Positions 49,523 to 58,975 of a stretch of 64,000 nucleotides of DNA are shown piece by piece. The notes beneath the pieces are model-generated. The model ran no database searches and was not told where the DNA came from. It worked only from the letters and a program-made list of their open reading frames with translations. How positions within the stretch are numbered: position 1 is the stretch's first letter; each line of letters starts with the position of its first letter. A program made the translations under genes and the position numbers. The DNA is from an uncultured candidatus Porisulfidus sp. (lineage in GTDB: Bacteria > Pseudomonadota > Gammaproteobacteria > Poriferisulfidales > Poriferisulfidaceae), in assembly GCA_965204575.1 (NCBI GenBank), contig OZ241993.1, forward strand, positions 96,001 to 160,000. Direction: 5' to 3'.

Positions 49523-50350
49523 TCAGTCGCCCTCTTCTGCCAACAAGGCCTGCGTCAGATCCAAAGCCTGCCGGTTCTGCCACACGTCGTGTACCCGGAA
49601 GATGCGCGCTCCCGCGCAGAGCCCCCAGCCCGTCGTCACCACGGTCGCCGGGACCCTCTGGCCCGGATCGGAAGCACCGGAGATTTCGCCCATGAACCGC
49701 TTGCGTGAAGTGCCGAGCAGCACCGGGTAACCCAACTCGACGATCTTGTCCAACTGCGCGATCAGTTGCAGGTTGTGTTCCGTCCGCTTCCCGAACCCGA
49801 TGCCCGGGTCGACGATGATCTTTCCGGATTCCACGCCCGCCTGTTGCGCCGCCTCGGCTCGTTCCGCCAAAAATTCCCGCACTTCCTTGACGACATCGGA
49901 GTACTGGGGATCATCCTGCATCGTCTTGGGCGTCCCCTGCATGTGCATCAGGCAGTACGGCACGCCCCGCTCGGCCACCAGCGAAAGTATTTCCGGGTCG
50001 TCGCGCCCAGCGGAGACATCGTTGACCATGCCGGCCCCCGCATCAAGCGCTGCACCGGCGACTTCACTCAGCGTGGTATCCACGCTGACGAGCACTTCCT
50101 CCGAAACCGCCTTGCCCACCTGCTCCACGACATCCAGAATGCGTCGCTTCTGTTCGGCTGCATCCACTCGGTCTGCGCCCGGCCGGGTGGACTCGCCACC
50201 GATATCGATCAGCGTCGCGCCCTCCTCCACCATCTCCAGCGCCCGCGCCAAGGCCCGGTCGGTGGAAGGATAGGCCCCGCCATCGGAGAAACTGTCCGGC
50301 GTCACGTTGAGAATCCCCATGATTCGGGGGGTCTGAAAGAAATCACTCAT
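49523..50350 (-). CDS. folP: dihydropteroate synthase
   Basis: MGILNVTPDSFSDGG, GGESTRPGA, DPGIGFGK, SRKRF, RVHDV. Confidence 0.97.
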   Translation of the reverse strand: MSDFFQTPRIMGILNVTPDSFSDGGAYPSTDRALARALEMVEEGATLIDIGGESTRPGADRVDAAEQKRRILDVVEQVGKAVSEEVLVSVDTTLSEVAGAALDAGAGMVNDVSAGRDDPEILSLVAERGVPYCLMHMQGTPKTMQDDPQYSDVVKEVREFLAERAEAAQQAGVESGKIIVDPGIGFGKRTEHNLQLIAQLDKIVELGYPVLLGTSRKRFMGEISGASDPGQRVPATVVTTGWGLCAGARIFRVHDVWQNRQALDLTQALLAEEGD

Positions 50351-50413
50351 CAGTCGATATTACCGTTCGCGTGCGTGTGGCGTAGTATCGCAAAACATCT
50401 CACTCGCAGGAAA

Positions 50414-50818
50414 TCAACCCTCAATCTCTATGCGCGACCGAAACCAACTGGCCAGTTCGCTTTCGCTGATTCCGCCTCCCACAACCTCTTCCATAGTCCT
50501 GACAGCGTCGAAAGGATCGAATTCGAGGTTCTGGTCATTGTCAGCCAGAAACACGCACGCCGTAACCCAGGCCGTGCGCTTTTTCCCGTCGGCAACGCCA
50601 TGATTCCGGGCCAAGCCGAAAGCGTAAGCCGCAGCCAGTTCGGCAATGTCGGGATCACCATTTGCGGAAAGATTCGTCGGATGCGCTAACGCGGATTTGA
50701 GCATACCCAAGTCGCGGACATCGGATGTGCCGCCATGCTCCGCGACTTGGCGGTCATGGACCGCGAGAACGACGGGCAGGGCAACCCAACGCCATGGACT
50801 GGAAATCTCTGCGCTCAC
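50414..50818 (-). CDS. doc: Doc/Fic-family toxin
   Basis: HGG...VRD.G.L.SAL..P, NHGVADGKKRTA (degenerate HxFxDGNKR). Confidence 0.85.
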   Translation of the reverse strand: MSAEISSPWRWVALPVVLAVHDRQVAEHGGTSDVRDLGMLKSALAHPTNLSANGDPDIAELAAAYAFGLARNHGVADGKKRTAWVTACVFLADNDQNLEFDPFDAVRTMEEVVGGGISESELASWFRSRIEIEG

Positions 50819-51042
50819 TTGGCCAAAGCCCGCAATACCTCTCGGTCATCATGCATCACTTTCTCCGCATGAACCATCTGGCGTTCAAACTCAGGGTCGT
50901 ACGGAGTCAACCGATAGCTGCCATCCGGCGCCTCGGTCATGTATAGCGTGTCACCCTTCTCGACCCCGAGACGTGCCATCGCCTCTTTGGTCAAAATGAT
51001 ACCGGCGGAAGAACCCACCGTGGTTACTTTGAAAGACAGCAT
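50815..51042 (-). CDS. AbrB/MazE-type antitoxin
   Basis: KVTTVGSSAGIIL.KE..ARLGV.KGD.L...LTPYDPEF...VLRALAK. Confidence 0.88.
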   Translation of the reverse strand: MLSFKVTTVGSSAGIILTKEAMARLGVEKGDTLYMTEAPDGSYRLTPYDPEFERQMVHAEKVMHDDREVLRALAK

Positions 51043-51297
51043 AATAAAACCCCCGATCTTTATTATAATGAATATTATATAGAAAAAGCAGGCTTATTTT
51101 GTGCTATTGTGAGCAAGTAGGCTAATTGTTTTGCGGGGGCGGTTGCGTGTCCGAGTTTTATCCTCCCTAAATCGGTATCTTCCGTCCCCGCCTACTACAC
51201 ACCTGAAACACATGACCGGGATCACGGCATCGCAGGCGTGCCGGTGCCCGCAATGCTCATACGATATTGTTGATCCCCCGCTTTTCCGGTCGGGCGG

Positions 51298-51373
51298 TGG
51301 TGGGCCATCAGGGACTCGAACCCCGAACCTGCTGATTAAGAGTCAGTTGCTCTACCAATTGAGCTAATGGCCC
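51298..51373 (-). tRNA. tRNA-Lys(CTT)
   Basis: reverse complement GGGCCATTAGCTCAATTGGTAGAGC...CTCTTAA...CCA. Confidence 0.96.
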
Positions 51374-51382
51374 ATCCTAGGA

Positions 51383-51459
51383 TGGGGTGAGCGACGGGAT
51401 TTGAACCCGCGACCTCAGGAGCCACAATCCTGTGCTCTACCGACTGAGCTACGCTCACC
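51383..51459 (-). tRNA. tRNA-His(GTG)
   Basis: reverse complement GGTGAGCGTAGCTCAG...TTGTGGC...CACCCCA, includes G-1. Confidence 0.96.
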
Positions 51460-51469
51460 GCCGATCGAC

Positions 51470-51546
51470 TGGCGCGCCCGGCAGGACTCGAACCTGCGAC
51501 CCTCGGTTTAGAAGACCGATGCTCTAATCCACTGAGCTACGGGCGC
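51470..51546 (-). tRNA. tRNA-Arg(TCT)
   Basis: anticodon arm TCGGT-CTTCTAA-ACCGA, CCA end. Confidence 0.96.
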
Positions 51547-51583
51547 GATTCATCCTTGAGTCGAGACTCCGGACACCGTCTGC

Positions 51584-51660
<77 letters not shown>

Positions 51661-51763
51661 CCGTGCGCAGTTTATCAGATGGAGGCCCCGTGCAGCACCT
51701 AAAAGAGTGGCAAGATTTCCTCGGCACAGGCACCACGTTTGTTGGTCAAGTTGCTTGGGAGGA

Positions 51764-52154
51764 CTATAGCCAATTATCGACAACGAGGTCGGGTACGCGC
51801 GAGAATTCGCGTACGTTGTTGGTCACGAGGGGCAGCCCCAAGGCGAAGAATGTGCGGCGACCCAAGTGTCGTGATGCCTTATTCTCTGCCGCTGGTTTTC
51901 AGGTGCGCACGCACATGGGCATAAGTCTCTACGATGTGCTCGTCAATGGGGGCGACCCGCACCATACTCAAAAAATCGACCAAAGCTTGTCGGTTCCGGT
52001 CGCGGTTCGATTCATGAGACTTGGCCACGCCAGTGTGCAATTCGCCCGCGACTATCGCAGAGATCATGCAGTCGTTCATGGGTGCCTTGGGGACGACTTG
52101 CGACGAGCCCTTGATGAGGTACACGCAGTGGTCCGTGTCGAGCATGCACTGCAT
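51764..52154 (-). pseudogene. vapC: frameshifted VapC PIN toxin
   Basis: MLDTDHC...ISAIVAGEL.TG stops at 51879; HDTWVAAH and LVTNNVREFSRVPDLVVDNWL continue in other frames. Confidence 0.85.
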
Positions 52155-52422
52155 CAGTCAAAACTTTCGCGCTCTTCAACGGGCAGGTCATTGGCGCGAA
52201 GTGCCAGCACCGTCTCCGCAAAATCCTTTTCAGGCCGGGCCGAGTTCGCCCAGTAGTCTCCCAATCGGCGAAACGAGGACTCAAAATCAAATGCCGCCCC
52301 ACCTAGCGAATCGCCACCTCATCGCATCCTTCGGGAAAGCGAAACCTTTTGGGTAACCGTACGGCTTGGGAGCGCCCGGACATGAAAACCTTTGCGCTGT
52401 CTTGTTGCGTTGATGCGGCCAT
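52154..52422 (-). pseudogene. vapB: disrupted VapB (AbrB-type) antitoxin
   Basis: AKVFMSGRSQAVRLPK / FRFPEGCDEVAIR* / LILSP / ...ERESFD; two frameshifts and a stop. Confidence 0.8.
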
Positions 52423-52600
52423 GACAGGGCCTCCAGAATCTGAATGACCTTATTATGCCGTAAAGATATATCAAAAAGATATTCTTAGTGGCGGTGCCGG
52501 CTTGGGACACACGGGAGCCCGTTGATTCCGGTCACGCCTTTCTCAAGCGCCAGCCGTACATCGCCCGCCCGTAAAGGTTGGACACGAGGGAACAAAAGGG

Positions 52601-52614
52601 TGACAATGCTGTCA
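52601..52614. promoter_or_regulatory. CusR/CopR-like copper box TGACA-N4-TGTCA
   Basis: perfect palindrome ~50 nt upstream of the DUF2282 start. Confidence 0.55.
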
Positions 52615-52662
52615 ATAGTCCAAGGGATTTATCCCCCCTCTGTTAATCAACCTAAGGCAAAC

Positions 52663-52947
52663 ATGAAAAAATCACACTCTCTGGCATCCAGCCTGATCGT
52701 GCTGGCACTCGGCTCCGGCCTGGCTTCTACTTCCGCGCTGGCGGTTCCCGATGCCCCCAAGAACTGGGAGAAATGCACGGGCATCTCCAAGGCCGGAATG
52801 AACGACTGCGGCGCGACGGATGGCGCGCACCGATGTGCTGGCGCAGCTCCGGAAGACGGCATGGAAACCGAATGGATCTATGTTCCGGAAGGCACCTGCG
52901 AGAAGATCGTGGGCGGGGCCATATACGCAGTCAAGCCGGCAAAATAA
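52663..52947 (+). CDS. bufferin precursor (DUF2282, BufA1-like)
   Basis: signal peptide; EKC.GI.KAG.NDC...H.CAG...EWIYVP.GTCEKI.GG. Confidence 0.88.
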   Translation: MKKSHSLASSLIVLALGSGLASTSALAVPDAPKNWEKCTGISKAGMNDCGATDGAHRCAGAAPEDGMETEWIYVPEGTCEKIVGGAIYAVKPAK

Positions 52948-52954
52948 CCCTTCG

Positions 52955-53791
52955 ATGCCTGCCGCCGATACGGCGACTCCACTCACGGGAATGGGGGTCG
53001 GTTTACGCGGCCCCCACGTCCCGGACATCCTGCAGCAGAGCCCTGCGGTTCCCTGGTTCGAGCTTCTGACCGACAACCATTTGTGCGCAGGAGGCGCCCT
53101 CAGGTTCCAGGCCGAAGCCATCGCCGAGCAATATCCGGTGGCCCTGCACGGCGTCAACCTTTCTCTCGGCGGCGTTGACCCGCTGGATCGCGAATATCTT
53201 GGCCGGGTTCGGGCTCTCGCCAAAAACACCGCAGCCCGCCATGTCTCGGAACATCTTGCTTTCACGGCCTGCAACGGCATCCACAGCCATGACCTCCTTC
53301 CATTGCCATGGACCGAGGAAGCCCTGCGACACGTCGCCGGCCGGATCTCCGAGGTCCAGGATTTTCTCGGCCATGACATCCTGGTCGAGAACATTTCCAC
53401 TTACCTGGAATACGAACATTCCACTCTGAGCGAAGGCGATTTCCTGCTGGAACTCTGCACACGGACCGGTTGCAAACTTCTCCTGGACATCAACAATGTC
53501 TACGTCAACTCGGTCAACCACAGCCACGATCCACACGACCTGTTGGACGCCATGCCCTGGGCACATGTGCGCGAGGTTCATCTGGCGGGTCACGAGGAAC
53601 GCGATGGGCTTTTGATCGATACGCACGGGGGATGCGTCTGTGATGAGGTTCTGAACCTTTTCCTGGACGTGGTGCCACGCATCCCGGAGGTTCCGGTCCT
53701 GTTCGAGTGGGACACTTCGCTGCCTCCATGGCCTGTCGTCTGGCAGGAAACCCAGCGGCTTGACAAGGCCTATCAGGCCGCGTGCGCATGA
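52955..53791 (+). CDS. multinuclear non-heme iron oxidative enzyme (DUF692/BufB)
   Basis: GVGLR.PH, HGVNLSLG, SEHL, DLLPLP, ENISTY, LLDINNVYVNS.NH, HLAGH, IDTHG, EWD. Confidence 0.92.
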   Translation: MPAADTATPLTGMGVGLRGPHVPDILQQSPAVPWFELLTDNHLCAGGALRFQAEAIAEQYPVALHGVNLSLGGVDPLDREYLGRVRALAKNTAARHVSEHLAFTACNGIHSHDLLPLPWTEEALRHVAGRISEVQDFLGHDILVENISTYLEYEHSTLSEGDFLLELCTRTGCKLLLDINNVYVNSVNHSHDPHDLLDAMPWAHVREVHLAGHEERDGLLIDTHGGCVCDEVLNLFLDVVPRIPEVPVLFEWDTSLPPWPVVWQETQRLDKAYQAACA

Positions 53792-54570
53792 ATCTTTCGG
53801 AACTCCAGACCAAGATGCTGGAAGCGGTAACCCGAACGGGAAGCGCAGACCCCGGGCTCGACTCCTTGATCCCCCCGGCCCGCGGCATCCGCCCGGAAAT
53901 GCGGCTGGACGCCTACCGGACCAACGTCAGAGGAGCGCACTTGGAAGCACTGGATGCCGCTTATCCGGTGACCCGGGAGGTCTTGGGGCCCCGGTACTGG
54001 CGGCAACTTCTAACGCAGGAAATCCCGGCATTCGGATCCCGGTCTCCCGATCTGCATGAATACGGCGATTTCCTACCCGAACTGCTCGGCCGGGTGCAGG
54101 AAAGTCGCAAGGAATTGGCCGATCTCGATTATCTCGGTGAACTCGCGCAACTCGAATGGCAAGTCCACCTGGCACAATTCAAGGCACCGGATCCGGATTT
54201 TGACTGGGTCGCCTTTCAAGCCCTGGAATCGGATCACCAGATGCGGGTTCAGTTCACTCTGAGCCATGCATTGCACTTGATGCGGTTCTCCCAGCCCGTC
54301 GACGCGCTCTGGCATTCTCATCAGGAAAACGGCCTGGTTCTCCCACCCCAGTCTCCGGTAACCTGCTGCGTGCACAGGCAAAAATCGTTCGATGTGACCG
54401 TCACCCGGCTATCCGACAGCGATCAAAAGTTGCTGGAAGCGCTGGGCGAAGGTCAGTGTCTCGAAGCCTTGCCTGCCGGCGATTCGCAAACAACAGTCCA
54501 GGTATTGTTCGACTGGATTCAACTCGGGTGGATCAGCGGCTTCTCGCAGGGGCCGGGTCACCTGTCGTAA
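53788..54570 (+). CDS. DUF2063 (BufC/HvfC-like) partner protein
   Basis: LSELQ, RLDAYRTN, L...YPV....LG, DL.EYG, L.ELA.LEW. Confidence 0.85.
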   Translation: MNLSELQTKMLEAVTRTGSADPGLDSLIPPARGIRPEMRLDAYRTNVRGAHLEALDAAYPVTREVLGPRYWRQLLTQEIPAFGSRSPDLHEYGDFLPELLGRVQESRKELADLDYLGELAQLEWQVHLAQFKAPDPDFDWVAFQALESDHQMRVQFTLSHALHLMRFSQPVDALWHSHQENGLVLPPQSPVTCCVHRQKSFDVTVTRLSDSDQKLLEALGEGQCLEALPAGDSQTTVQVLFDWIQLGWISGFSQGPGHLS

Positions 54571-54576
54571 CGCGAC

Positions 54577-54840
54577 TCAAGACGCCAATTTCTTGTAGAG
54601 CGAGCCAAACCGAGCGTGACTCGTCCGATAGGCGCGCACTGCCTGAGGCCGCACTTTCCCCTGATGCCGGTCTTCAAGAAGATGCTCAAAGGCTTCTTCG
54701 GTAATCGCCTGGATCTGACGCCCTTCCCCTTTCGCCAAAGCACGCACTTTGTCGAGCAGCTTGCGATCTATTTGCGTTGTGAAATTGACGCGAGAGGGCG
54801 ACAGGGGTTTCTCCGGAACTTTCGTTTGGATTCGTGTCAT
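54577..54840 (-). CDS. RHH-like antitoxin of the type usually paired with Doc/Fic
   Basis: FTTQID..LL..VR.LA..EGRQIQA..EEA...R.QAV.AY..SH..FG.LYKKLA. Confidence 0.65.
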   Translation of the reverse strand: MTRIQTKVPEKPLSPSRVNFTTQIDRKLLDKVRALAKGEGRQIQAITEEAFEHLLEDRHQGKVRPQAVRAYRTSHARFGSLYKKLAS

Positions 54841-55472
54841 TTTCCTCTGTAGGTTTCGATCTGGGGCCGGTACATCCTGGATGCCCAGTCGGGGATGGGG
54901 TCCGCCAGTCGGGTGATCCTTCCCTTGGCCAGAGTCATCACGGACTGGTACGTTATACCTGAGTGGCAGGATTGGCGGGAGTTGTCCCAAACATAGGTGA
55001 AATCAGCGACCATGCTCGCTTTTTGGATGTGGGTCACGGTGCGGCTGTAACGCGAGAGGATCTTGTCTTTGTGCACGTCGTGGCCACCGGAGCCGACTCG
55101 ATCCCGAACCCGCTTGTAAGCCAGTTCTGCGGGATAGACATGGATGTGGTTCAGCACGACTTCGAACCCGGCGTGTTGGGCATCTTCAACCAGCTGGTTC
55201 TTCGACTCATGCGAGAAAACCGTTTCAGTGACGAAAGACTGTCTCACCTTTATATACTGGGCACGAATTCCAGCAGCCAGCTTGCCCATTTCGAGACTAT
55301 GTTTTCCGACCTCGTTGGGAAATCTGGCTTGCTCCATTTCGTCAGCATTGACGAATGGGTACTCGCACCCGGACTTGTCCAGGAGGGGCTTGGCCCGTTG
55401 ATAGTAAAACGTGGTTTTTCCAGCGCCATTGATGCCGCAGATAAGGATTAAGACGGGCTTCTCAATCGCCAT
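54837..55472 (-). CDS. zeta toxin-like P-loop kinase/ATPase
   Basis: GINGAGKTT, FVNAD, ETVFSH.SK, RV..RV..GGHDV, DNS. Confidence 0.85.
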   Translation of the reverse strand: MAIEKPVLILICGINGAGKTTFYYQRAKPLLDKSGCEYPFVNADEMEQARFPNEVGKHSLEMGKLAAGIRAQYIKVRQSFVTETVFSHESKNQLVEDAQHAGFEVVLNHIHVYPAELAYKRVRDRVGSGGHDVHKDKILSRYSRTVTHIQKASMVADFTYVWDNSRQSCHSGITYQSVMTLAKGRITRLADPIPDWASRMYRPQIETYRGK

Positions 55473-55548
55473 GATTGGTTGGCTGTCCCGAGCACGGCCA
55501 GCAATTACGACCGGCCGTAGCCGCAGAGATGTGTTGCGCCCGGAAAAG

Positions 55549-55902
55549 TCATGGTTTACTCAAGACGTTGCCATCAACATCGCAGCGGGTACCATCGGCC
55601 AGTACGCCGATAATCTTGCCGCCTTCTTCGCCCCAGCTAATGCGGCCGGCGGCAGAGAATTCTTTCGCGTCCTGAATCGCAGTCTCCGTGACAATTCCAG
55701 CTTCCGCATCTTCGACAAGGGTATCCATGACATTGCCGACAAGTTCCTGATCCATCAGTTTCGCCGGGTTTGCTCGAAACACAGCATCGATCAAAACGCC
55801 CAGTTGGGCAGGCTGGCTGCGCTTCTCCCGGTCCGCAAGCATTCGGAGCTTGGCGAGAGAGTCACGGTCGATTTTGACTGTCGTCATGTTGGTCGAAGCC
55901 AT
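55549..55902 (-). CDS. hypothetical RHH-like protein (putative antitoxin)
   Basis: TVKID...L..LA.RE.RS..AQL N-terminus; upstream of the zeta-like gene. Confidence 0.6.
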   Translation of the reverse strand: MASTNMTTVKIDRDSLAKLRMLADREKRSQPAQLGVLIDAVFRANPAKLMDQELVGNVMDTLVEDAEAGIVTETAIQDAKEFSAAGRISWGEEGGKIIGVLADGTRCDVDGNVLSKP

Positions 55903-56143
55903 AGAAAAATCTCCTGAATGATCCAGAATCCATCCGTGAGTATACCAAAGGTAGACAGGAGTGTCTACGAAAGGTAGCCGAAAGGCTGGGATTATTCAAT
56001 GGCCCATGAGAAAAACAACCTGAAACCGGGCTGCCGAACGTTAATCCGGCTTGGAAAACGCCTGGAAACGCGACGCTTACCCAGAGTGGCATGTAATGGA
56101 GGGAGTTGCCACTTGAAGTAACAAGTCTTAGAAACTTACCGGG

Positions 56144-57337
56144 CTAACTTTTAGTCAAGCTCACCCGCGCCACGCGTCGGCGTCCGACCTGCAATACAAC
56201 CGGGTCGTCAAAAGGCAACTCGCATTTGGGATCACTGATTTTCTCCCCATCCATCCGAACCGCACCCGCCTCCATCATTCGCCGCGCATCCGAAGTCGAG
56301 GGGCACAGCCCTGCCTGTTGAAGGGCATTCGGCAGCGGCAGCGCCTCTTTCGCCTTCAGCTTGATCTCTTCCATGTCTTCCGGCAACTGGTGGTCGCGGA
56401 AGCGCGCCGTAAAATCTTCCTGCGCCCGTTCGGCCGTCGCCTCGTCATGGAATCGGGCAACGAGTTCCCGCGCCAATTCCAGTTTTGCATCGCGCGGATT
56501 CGCGCCATCCTCGACCTGTTGCCGCAAATCTTCGAGTTCCGAATCCGGCCGCAAACTCAGCAGATCGAAATACCGCCACATCATCGGATCCGACAGCGAC
56601 ATCAACTTGCCGAACATCTGTTCGGGCTCTTCCTGAATCCCGATGGCATTGTCGTAGGTCTTGGACATTTTCCTCACCCCGTCGGTCCCTTCCAGAAGCG
56701 GCAGGGTCATCACAACCTGCGGCGGTTGTCCTCGCCGTTTCTGCAATTCCCGCCCGACCAGCAGGTTGAACGTCTGGTCCGTCCCGCCCAGCTCCACATC
56801 CGCCTCCAGCATGACCGAGTCATAGCCCTGGATCAGGGGATACAGGAATTCGTGGATCGAAATCGGCTGGTTCTCGCCGTGACGCTTGGCGAAATCGTCC
56901 CGCTCCAACATGCGCGCCACCGTGTGTTCGGAAGCCAGACGGATCAGGTCGTCCGGCGTCATCTGGTCCATCCACTCCGAATTGAAGCGCACCTCGGTCT
57001 TCTCGCGGTCCAGTACCTTGAACGCCTGCTCCAGATAGGTCTTCTGGTTGTCCTGCAACTCCTTCGCGGTCAGGATCGGGCGCGTGGCATTGCGGCCGGA
57101 CGGATCCCCGATGCGCCCCGTGAAGTCCCCGACCAGGAAAATCACCTGGTGCCCAAGATCTTGAAACTGCCGCATTTTATGCATCAGCACCGTGTGGCCC
57201 AGATGCAGGTCCGGTGCGGTGGGGTCAAACCCGACCTTGACCCGGAGCGGCCGTCCGCCTTCCAGACGTTCAGCCAAATCCTCCTTGTGGAGAACCTGTT
57301 CAGTTCCACGGAGAAGTGCGGTGAGTTCGGTGTTCAA
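56144..57337 (-). CDS. tyrS: tyrosine--tRNA ligase
   Basis: [31 protein letters not shown]4 domain. Confidence 0.97.
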   Translation of the reverse strand: MNTELTALLRGTEQVLHKEDLAERLEGGRPLRVKVGFDPTAPDLHLGHTVLMHKMRQFQDLGHQVIFLVGDFTGRIGDPSGRNATRPILTAKELQDNQKTYLEQAFKVLDREKTEVRFNSEWMDQMTPDDLIRLASEHTVARMLERDDFAKRHGENQPISIHEFLYPLIQGYDSVMLEADVELGGTDQTFNLLVGRELQKRRGQPPQVVMTLPLLEGTDGVRKMSKTYDNAIGIQEEPEQMFGKLMSLSDPMMWRYFDLLSLRPDSELEDLRQQVEDGANPRDAKLELARELVARFHDEATAERAQEDFTARFRDHQLPEDMEEIKLKAKEALPLPNALQQAGLCPSTSDARRMMEAGAVRMDGEKISDPKCELPFDDPVVLQVGRRRVARVSLTKS

Positions 57338-57601
57338 AAGCGGAGAAAACAGGTGGATAATTTGGGGAATGGAACGGCTGGCCTAACCTGAACGCCGCCT
57401 CCAAAACCTTCCAGGACAAAGCTTCGCATGCAGCAAACGGGCTTCACGCATTATAAATGTTCGTCTCGACATTCCCATGCCTTATATACTGACACTTCTC
57501 GGTCAGGCTCAAACACGAAATCCCGGTTTTCGGAAGGTTGACGAAATACAATAAATTCGATAGAGTTCCTGCTAACTTTCCCAATACTTGCCTGTTTCGG
57601 C

Positions 57602-58975
57602 ATGTTTTCACTGTCATTTTTCTGGGCCAGTTTTTCGCCAAGGCCAAGTTGGCGGCATGCGTGGGCGATCTTTATCTCCCTGGGCCTGCTCGCGGTCGTT
57701 CTATCCTTTGTCCCGAAGCCCAACGCAACCCACGCCTCCATCACGGCGGCGCCACAGCAACCACCTCCGCATGCGGTCGCTCAACCCGCCTCACACGCCA
57801 AACAAACCAGCCTGCCCGCCGCTTCCCTAAGACAAGACATCAAGATCCCGAATTCTCTCCCCGCCCCACGTAAATGGGATGCGGAAGTCACGATCCGTTC
57901 CGGCGATACCTTGAGCGGGATCTTCAAGCGACTGGGCTTGAGCCGCTCTATCCCCGCCCTGCTGCGGCTCAACAACGCTGGCAAGTCACTGCATCGGCTG
58001 CGTCCCGGCCAAACCCTGCATCTCAACCAGGACGACCAGGGACTGCGCCGTCTGATGTACCGGACAGCCCTCAACAAAGAAGCCCACTATTGGCGCATGC
58101 CGGGCGGCACTTACACCGTGGGCGAGATCAGCCTGCCGATGAAACTCAAGCGCCGAACGGTCAGCGGCATGATCGACCGCACCCTGTTCGATGCTGGAAA
58201 CGATGCGGGCCTCAGCCACGCCATGATCCTGGAACTTGCATACATCTTCGGCTGGGATATCGATTTCGCCCTGGAAATCCGAAAAGGCGACCGGTTCAAG
58301 TTGGTCTGGGACGAACACTGGATTGAAGGTCAACATGCTAAAGACGGCCCGATCCTTGCTGCTGAATTCGTCAACCAAGGCCGAACGTATCGGGCACTGC
58401 GCTACATCGGGAAGGATGGTCGCGCCGATTACTACACGCCGGACGGGAAGTACCTGCGCAAGCAGTTCTTGCGCACCCCCGTGGACTTCACCCGCATCAG
58501 TTCCCATTTCAACCCGCGCCGATTGCATCCGATACTCAAACGAGTCCGGCCACACCGCGGCGTCGACTACGCCGCACCCACAGGGACTCCCGTTTATGCG
58601 GCCGGCGACGGAAAGGTCATACACCGCGGCTGGAAAGGCGGCTACGGCCGAGCAATCTTCATTCGGCACGGCACCCGTTACACCACCGTCTATGCGCACC
58701 TCTCAAGGTATGCCCGCGGTCTCCGGGTCGGCAGCAAGGTAACCCAGGGACAGATCATCGGCCGGGTCGGAAGATCCGGCATGGCCACCGGCCCCCACCT
58801 GCATTATGAATTCCGGGTCGACGGCGTTCACCGCAACCCCGTCAAGGTCAAACTTCCTCCTCTCAGACCTCTGCTGTATGTTGAACAGGCCGACTTCCGC
58901 CAGCAGACATGGCCCATGCTGGTTGCCCTGAGGGTGCCTGACGATCTCCAGACGGCCGACATCCATGCCCGATGA
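57602..58975 (+). CDS. M23 peptidoglycan DD-endopeptidase (MepM-like)
   Basis: HRGVDYAAP.GTP, YAHL, TGPHLHYE; tyrS-M23-anmK synteny. Confidence 0.9.
   Translation: MFSLSFFWASFSPRPSWRHAWAIFISLGLLAVVLSFVPKPNATHASITAAPQQPPPHAVAQPASHAKQTSLPAASLRQDIKIPNSLPAPRKWDAEVTIRSGDTLSGIFKRLGLSRSIPALLRLNNAGKSLHRLRPGQTLHLNQDDQGLRRLMYRTALNKEAHYWRMPGGTYTVGEISLPMKLKRRTVSGMIDRTLFDAGNDAGLSHAMILELAYIFGWDIDFALEIRKGDRFKLVWDEHWIEGQHAKDGPILAAEFVNQGRTYRALRYIGKDGRADYYTPDGKYLRKQFLRTPVDFTRISSHFNPRRLHPILKRVRPHRGVDYAAPTGTPVYAAGDGKVIHRGWKGGYGRAIFIRHGTRYTTVYAHLSRYARGLRVGSKVTQGQIIGRVGRSGMATGPHLHYEFRVDGVHRNPVKVKLPPLRPLLYVEQADFRQQTWPMLVALRVPDDLQTADIHAR

Noticed and set aside
55903-56143. Hairpins (AGCC-GAAA-GGCT) as a riboswitch or sRNA
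   Set aside because: No match to any riboswitch consensus I recognise.
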